Below, one piece after another: positions 59,292 through 64,000 of a stretch of DNA of 64,000 nt. This stretch comes from an uncultured Marinosulfonomonas sp. (GTDB taxonomy: Bacteria; Pseudomonadota; Alphaproteobacteria; Rhodobacterales; Rhodobacteraceae): positions 10,922-74,921 of the forward strand of contig CAZETX010000006.1 of NCBI GenBank assembly GCA_964514925.1. The letters are read 5' to 3'. The stretch's first letter is position 1, and each line of letters begins with the position of its first letter. Below the pieces are notes generated by a model that made no database searches, was not told the DNA's origin, and saw only the letters and a list, made by a program, of their open reading frames with translations. A program made the translations under genes and the position numbers.

Positions 59292-60473
59292 TCAGGCCCT
59301 GGACAATGCCTGTAGCAGATCATCGATCAGGTCCTGCGGGTCTTCAAGCCCCAATGATACACGCACCAGCCCCGGGGTGATGCCGAGTTGCTGGCGCTGT
59401 TCTTCGCTAAGGCGTTGGTGGGTGGTGGTCGCCGGGTGGGTGACGATGCTTTTGGCGTCGGCAAAGTTGTTGGAAATGATGAAAATCTGCAATGCGTTCA
59501 GAAACCGGAACGCGGCGTCTTTGCCGCCTTTGATGTCAATTGTCAGAACCGTGCCGCCGGCTTCCATCTGGGTGCGCGCCAGATCAACCTGCGGATGGCT
59601 GGGATGGTGCGGATAGAGCATGCGGTGCAGTTTGTCATGGCCGGCCAGTGCCTTTGCTGTTGCGGCTGCCGTGGCAGTTTGCGCGCGCACCCGCAGATCA
59701 AGGGTTTCCAGTGATTTCAGCATCACCCAGGCGTTAAACGGGCTCATGGCGCCGCCGGTGTGTTTCAGGAAGGGTTCAACGGTTGAGCGGATCAGTTCCT
59801 TGCTGCCCAGAACCACCCCGCCCAGGCAACGACCCTGCCCGTCCACATGTTTGGTGGTGGAATAAACCACCATGTCGACGCCGCATTCAATGGCAGATGA
59901 ATAGATTGGCGTGGCGAATACATTGTCGGCAATCACCAGCGCGCCCACCCCATGGGCAATGTCACAAACCGCTTTCAGATCAATAACTTCCAGCGTCGGG
60001 TTGGAAACGGTTTCAAGGAATACCGCGCGGGTATCCGGGCGCATGGCGGCGCGCCACTGATCCAGATCAGCGCCATCAACAAAGCTGACATCCACCCCGA
60101 AACGCGACAATACATCTTCCAGAATATACAGGCAGGATCCGAACAGGGCACGTGAGGATACCACGTGGTCACCGGCCTTTAATACCGACATCAGGGCGGC
60201 GTTAACGGCTGCCATGCCTGAGGCAGTTGCAAAGGCGTCTTCCGCCCCTTCAAGGGCGGCGATGCGTTCTTCAAACATCCGCACGGTTGGGTTGCCATAA
60301 CGGGCGTAAATGAATTCATCATCGCCGATTTCGATAAAACGAGCCTCGGCGGCCTGGGCGTTTTCATAGACGAAGCCCTGGGTCAGAAATATCGCTTCGC
60401 TGACCTCACCATATTGGCTGCGCCGCGTTCCTGAATGCACCAGTTTGGTGCGGTTTTTCCAGTTCTTTGCCAT
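59292..60473 (-). CDS. metZ: O-succinylhomoserine sulfhydrylase (Cys/Met-metabolism PLP enzyme)
   Basis: 393-aa product from the ATG at 60473 (MAKNWKNRTKLVHSG...) with the PLP-lysine segment VVYSTTKHVDGQG. It is preceded by a SAM-II-like leader. Confidence 0.8.
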   Translation of the reverse strand: MAKNWKNRTKLVHSGTRRSQYGEVSEAIFLTQGFVYENAQAAEARFIEIGDDEFIYARYGNPTVRMFEERIAALEGAEDAFATASGMAAVNAALMSVLKAGDHVVSSRALFGSCLYILEDVLSRFGVDVSFVDGADLDQWRAAMRPDTRAVFLETVSNPTLEVIDLKAVCDIAHGVGALVIADNVFATPIYSSAIECGVDMVVYSTTKHVDGQGRCLGGVVLGSKELIRSTVEPFLKHTGGAMSPFNAWVMLKSLETLDLRVRAQTATAAATAKALAGHDKLHRMLYPHHPSHPQVDLARTQMEAGGTVLTIDIKGGKDAAFRFLNALQIFIISNNFADAKSIVTHPATTTHQRLSEEQRQQLGITPGLVRVSLGLEDPQDLIDDLLQALSRA

Positions 60474-60495
60474 TTTTCTCGCCCCTTTGCGCATT

Positions 60496-60524
60496 AAAAA
60501 ACCCCGACACCGGAGGGGTCGGGG
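60496..60524 (-). terminator. Intrinsic terminator in the metZ leader (riboswitch expression platform)
   Basis: Minus strand: CCCCGAC-CCCTCCGGT-GTCGGGG followed by TTTTTT, ending about 22 nt upstream of the metZ ATG. Confidence 0.75.
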
Positions 60525-60540
60525 CGATTTGCATCCCTGA

Positions 60541-60594
60541 CCTCTTTAGCGGCATGTTTAACGTGGCCCGCAATCCGGTAAACAAATCGCCACG
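60541..60594 (-). promoter_or_regulatory. SAM-II-type riboswitch aptamer (metA motif)
   Basis: Minus strand: CGUGGCGAUUUGUUUACCGGAUUGCGGGCCACGUUAAACAUGCCGCUAAAGAGG. It has P1 GUGGC/GCCAC, a U-rich loop with UUGCGG, and a 3' tail CCGCUAAAG able to pair into the loop (H-type pseudoknot). It sits upstream of a methionine biosynthesis gene in an alphaproteobacterial context. Confidence 0.7.
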
Positions 60595-60690
60595 GGACAG
60601 GCAGTAGCGGCAAAATTTTAACGGGTCAAGGATTGGCCCTTGCCGATCGGTGAAAAAGCGACATCTATAGCGCATTGACCGGAGACAACC

Positions 60691-61407
60691 ATGACCGAAG
60701 ACATTGAATTATTCTACTGGCCCACACCGAACGGCTGGAAAATATCTATCGCACTGGAAGAAATGCGGCTGCCGTACCGGGTTACTTATGTTGATATCGG
60801 CGCCGGGGATCAGTTTGCGCCGGGGTTTCTGAAAATTTCGCCCAATAACCGGATGCCGGCCATAACTGATCCGGACGGGCCGGACGGTGCGCCAATTTCG
60901 ATCTTTGAAAGCGGTGCGATCCTGCAATATCTGGCCCGCAAAACCGGTGCTTTTTATGGCGAAACCGAACGTGACCGGATCGCGGTGGATGAATGGCTGA
61001 TGTGGCAAATGGGGGGTGTTGGGCCGATGGCCGGACAGGCGCATCATTTTATGAAATATGCACCCTCTATGACCCCACCCCATGATCTGCCCTACGCCAA
61101 GGAACGCTATAAAAATGAGGTGGGGCGGCTTTACCGGGTGCTGGATACACGATTGGCGGGCAACCAATATGTTGCCGGTGATTTCTATTCAATTGCGGAT
61201 ATGGCGCTGTGGGGCTGGGTTTCCGGCTGGAAGGGGCAAGAGCAATCTTTGGATGAGCGCCCACACCTGAAACGCTGGCTGGATGAGCTGGGCGCGCGAA
61301 AAGCTGTGATTGCCGGGCGCGCGGTCGGCGCCGAGTTGCGGGATCGTAAGCTTGAAAAAGGTGAAGAAGAAGCCGCGCAGAAAATCCTGTTTGGCCAAAA
61401 AGGTTAA
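60691..61407 (+). CDS. Glutathione S-transferase family protein (Nu-class, YfcG/YghU-like)
   Basis: 238-aa ORF. The N-terminal LFYWPTPNGWKISIALEEM...ISPNNRMPAI is typical of Nu-class GST-like disulfide reductases. Confidence 0.8.
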   Translation: MTEDIELFYWPTPNGWKISIALEEMRLPYRVTYVDIGAGDQFAPGFLKISPNNRMPAITDPDGPDGAPISIFESGAILQYLARKTGAFYGETERDRIAVDEWLMWQMGGVGPMAGQAHHFMKYAPSMTPPHDLPYAKERYKNEVGRLYRVLDTRLAGNQYVAGDFYSIADMALWGWVSGWKGQEQSLDERPHLKRWLDELGARKAVIAGRAVGAELRDRKLEKGEEEAAQKILFGQKG

Positions 61408-61463
61408 TTCTCTACCGGCTTTTTATTTGCAAAAATACTCGTGCCGCAGGCAAAAATCTTACC

Positions 61464-62087
61464 TCAAGATTTTTCATCCGCCTCATCTGTGCGGCCATGT
61501 TTTGCCATTAATCGCCCCTGGGTCATGAAAAATACGAATATGGCAATGGGCAGGCCAAAGGTTTTGAAACTGACCCATGTGTCGGTGCTGAAACTACGCC
61601 AAATGGCTTCGTTCAAAACTGCGAGCGTGAAAAAGAACAGCATCATGCGTTTGGTCAGGATCATCCAGCCAGCAGGTTCAAGTGGCATCAACTCCCCCAT
61701 CATGTATTCAAGATAAGATTTACCGCGCAACAGCCCGACCCCCAAAGCCCCGCCGAACAGCAGATAAATGATCGTCGGCTTCATTTTGAAAAAACGTTCA
61801 TCGTTGAAATAAACCGTCAAGCCGCCAAAAACGGTCACCAAAACCAATGTCGCGATCTGCATTTTCGCCAGTTTCCCGGTCAGCCGGTACAGAATGAAAG
61901 TGGACAGGGCGATCAGTGGGATGAAAAGGGCCGTGACAACAATAAAGCCGGTATACTCAGTACCGCCAATATCAAATGTACGATCCCGCAGGCGGATATA
62001 CAGAATGAAAAACAGTACAATCGGGCCCATTTCAAGGGCCAGTTTGGTAATTGGATTTATTTGCTTTTCGCCCATGCCGTACCTCAT
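61464..62087 (-). CDS. yciB: Intracellular septation protein A / inner membrane protein YciB
   Basis: 207-aa ORF with five TM helices and YciB-like conserved segments (MKPTIIYLLFGGAL, WVSFKTFG). Its start overlaps the upstream stop (TAATG); an alternative ATG is at 62075. Confidence 0.8.
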   Translation of the reverse strand: MRYGMGEKQINPITKLALEMGPIVLFFILYIRLRDRTFDIGGTEYTGFIVVTALFIPLIALSTFILYRLTGKLAKMQIATLVLVTVFGGLTVYFNDERFFKMKPTIIYLLFGGALGVGLLRGKSYLEYMMGELMPLEPAGWMILTKRMMLFFFTLAVLNEAIWRSFSTDTWVSFKTFGLPIAIFVFFMTQGRLMAKHGRTDEADEKS

Positions 62088-62992
62088 TAACCGCCCAGTT
62101 CAACTATCACAGCGCCGGCTGCAATCAATGTCATAAGTGCCAGTTGCACGCGACCTACCCGTTCTTTCAACAATAACCAACCGATCAAAGCCGCAAAAAC
62201 CACACTGGTTTCACGCAGAACCGCCGCCTGCCCGACATTATCCAGACGGGTGGCCAGCAGGATTGAGCCAAAACTGAAGATCGCAACAATCGCGCCAATG
62301 AAGCCGCGCGCAAATAGCGGGCCAAGGGTTGGGTGATTTTCCATCCTTTGCCAGCGGCGATAGGCCAGGATCGGCATGGTTATTCCGTCCAGCAAAAAGA
62401 ACCACGCCAGAAAGGTAAACGGATCGGCGGTGGCGCGGATGCCGTAGGCGTCATAGGTGGTATAAAGCGCCACAAAGCCGCCGGTCAGCACCGCCATCAT
62501 AAGGGCCGGGACAAGGGTGTCGCGGTTCAGTTGGGTATGGCGCAGGTTATAGCCCGCCAGCCCGAATATTCCAGCGACCAGCACCAACACGCCAAGCCAT
62601 TGAGCTGGTGCGAAGACTTCGCCAAACAACAAATAGGCACCAAACACGGTAAACACCGGGCTGGTGCCGCGCACCACCGGGTAAACCACGGTATAGGCGC
62701 CCTTGGTATAGGTGTGGGCCTGGGCCATTTTGTAGCCGATATGGATCAGCACAACGACCGCGAAAATCGGCCACATATGGGGTTCTGGCCAGGGCACGAC
62801 GAACAGCGCGAACGGCACGGCCATGGCGAAATAGCAGATATCGATGGCGCCGCGTGTTAACCACGGATCATGGCGGCCCTTTTGCAAGGCGCCAAACAGG
62901 GCATGCAGCACGGCGGCCAACAGGGCCAGGCCAAGGGCGGCGCGGTGGCCGGCCTGGGTGCCCTCAAGGGAAATCAGCCAGTCACTTAGCAC
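62087..62992 (-). CDS. DMT-superfamily (EamA-like) membrane protein
   Basis: 301-aa polytopic ORF with about 10 TM helices and two EamA-like halves. Confidence 0.7.
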   Translation of the reverse strand: MLSDWLISLEGTQAGHRAALGLALLAAVLHALFGALQKGRHDPWLTRGAIDICYFAMAVPFALFVVPWPEPHMWPIFAVVVLIHIGYKMAQAHTYTKGAYTVVYPVVRGTSPVFTVFGAYLLFGEVFAPAQWLGVLVLVAGIFGLAGYNLRHTQLNRDTLVPALMMAVLTGGFVALYTTYDAYGIRATADPFTFLAWFFLLDGITMPILAYRRWQRMENHPTLGPLFARGFIGAIVAIFSFGSILLATRLDNVGQAAVLRETSVVFAALIGWLLLKERVGRVQLALMTLIAAGAVIVELGG

Positions 62993-63024
62993 CTGTTACC
63001 CCTGAGATTATCGGGTTGGGCAGA

Positions 63025-63951
63025 TTAGCCGCCGACCCCCGGGGCATATTCAAGTGTCAGGCCCGCGCCGTCCAGTACCTTTTTCACATCACCGCCACGG
63101 GACAGGGCAAATAGTTGCAGCAAAAGCATTGGTTGATCCGGGCGCAGTGCCAGTGTGACGCTGCCCGAGGGGTTTGGCACGGTGTCGATCAGGCGGTTCA
63201 TGGATTGCCATGACCGGTCCGGCAAAATGGCGCGGAAATTTTGAGTGGCGGCCTGTCGCAGCCAAGATTGTAAACCCCTTAGCCCTGGTGGCGGGCGGTC
63301 ATCTTGGGCAATGCTGGCAAGGATAAGTTTCGCGATGTCTTTGCCAAATCGCGCATTGCCGTTGACGGTGACATCCAGACGGCTGGTGGCAATGGCCAGC
63401 GTTAACACCCGGCTTTGGGACAGCAGGTTCGGGCTGAAATTGGTCAGGTCGCCCGAGGCTACTGCTTTGTTTCCATTGCCAAAATCAAGTTCCAGCCGGT
63501 GCAGTTCCAGTTCCCGTTCTTCGGGCCGGAATGAGGTTCGAATTTCCACGTCAAAACTTTTACCTGCCCGGGCGTATTTGGCCAGAAACTGCCATGCCGG
63601 GTCATCTTCGGGGAAATTTCTGAAACTGATGCCTGTGATTTCCATTACCAGTTGTCGGGGAATTTCGCCGGTTTCCAGCGGTGTCAGGCCGGTGCTGTTC
63701 CAGCGCAATTGTTGTATGTTCAGTTCAACCCCGCCCAAGGTGTTGCTGGCGCGAATGTTGCTGGCGGTACATTTTCCAGCGACGCGTCTTGGCGGGCCGT
63801 CCGGGGTAATTTGGGCGTTGATACGGGCCGCGAGTGTTTTCAGGCCGCTGGTGCATTTGTCGCCGTCAAGGCGCAGAACGCTTTGGGCTGTTACCGGTGT
63901 ATTTAGTAGCAGGCCGATGAAAAGGGCCATGAGGGGTCTGCGAAAAATCAT
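63025..63951 (-). CDS. Hypothetical secreted protein
   Basis: The ORF has a signal peptide (MIFRRPLMALFIGLLLNTPVTAQS) from the ATG at 63951; the track ORF begins at TTG 63966. I recognise no domain. Confidence 0.55.
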   Translation of the reverse strand: MIFRRPLMALFIGLLLNTPVTAQSVLRLDGDKCTSGLKTLAARINAQITPDGPPRRVAGKCTASNIRASNTLGGVELNIQQLRWNSTGLTPLETGEIPRQLVMEITGISFRNFPEDDPAWQFLAKYARAGKSFDVEIRTSFRPEERELELHRLELDFGNGNKAVASGDLTNFSPNLLSQSRVLTLAIATSRLDVTVNGNARFGKDIAKLILASIAQDDRPPPGLRGLQSWLRQAATQNFRAILPDRSWQSMNRLIDTVPNPSGSVTLALRPDQPMLLLQLFALSRGGDVKKVLDGAGLTLEYAPGVGG

Positions 63952-64000
63952 TTTACCAACTTTCAACCGCCCCCGGTTCGGGGTTTATTGGCTAATCGAC

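Overview
This window is a gene-dense (about 90% coding), mostly housekeeping chromosomal segment. Its gene content and order suggest an alphaproteobacterium, probably Rhodobacterales-like; that placement is an inference from FnrL, a VPLPA-CTERM protein, a small ORF wedged between glyQ and glyS, a SAM-II leader on metZ, and an orphan ctaD followed by DUF2244. I recognise about 58 CDS, one tRNA-Leu(GAG), one SAM-II-type riboswitch with its expression platform, several intrinsic terminators and one dispersed tandem-repeat element. Recognisable functions include:
- an Fe3+/thiamine-type ABC importer;
- an OmpR-type response regulator with a hybrid histidine kinase;
- respiratory genes (class II cytochrome c, cytochrome c, ctaD);
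- carA, ilvC, the glmM-folP-folB block, ppdK, glyQS, trkH, folE2 and metZ.

I saw no CRISPR array, transposase, integrase, phage gene or recognisable defence or toxin-antitoxin module, and I cannot point to a convincing new multi-gene system. The observations most worth a second look are:
- a translationally coupled operon of divergent GT-B glycosyltransferase-like proteins plus an unassignable protein (16.1-19.7 kb), next to a UDP-sugar dehydrogenase gene and tRNA-Leu;
- a truncated-hemoglobin-like protein with a SAP/HeH-like tail (27.3-28.1 kb);
- an identical 2 x 32-bp repeat element at two loci (28.3 kb and 56.5 kb);
- a processive GT2 synthase with a GspE-N/MshEN-like N-terminal domain (30.2-32.1 kb);
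- a peptidoglycan-binding protein whose trypsin-like domain appears catalytically dead (51.6-53.3 kb);
- strong G+C mosaicism, including a GC-rich block of about 4.5 kb around ilvC.

All protein family calls come from motif recognition by eye, not from database searches.
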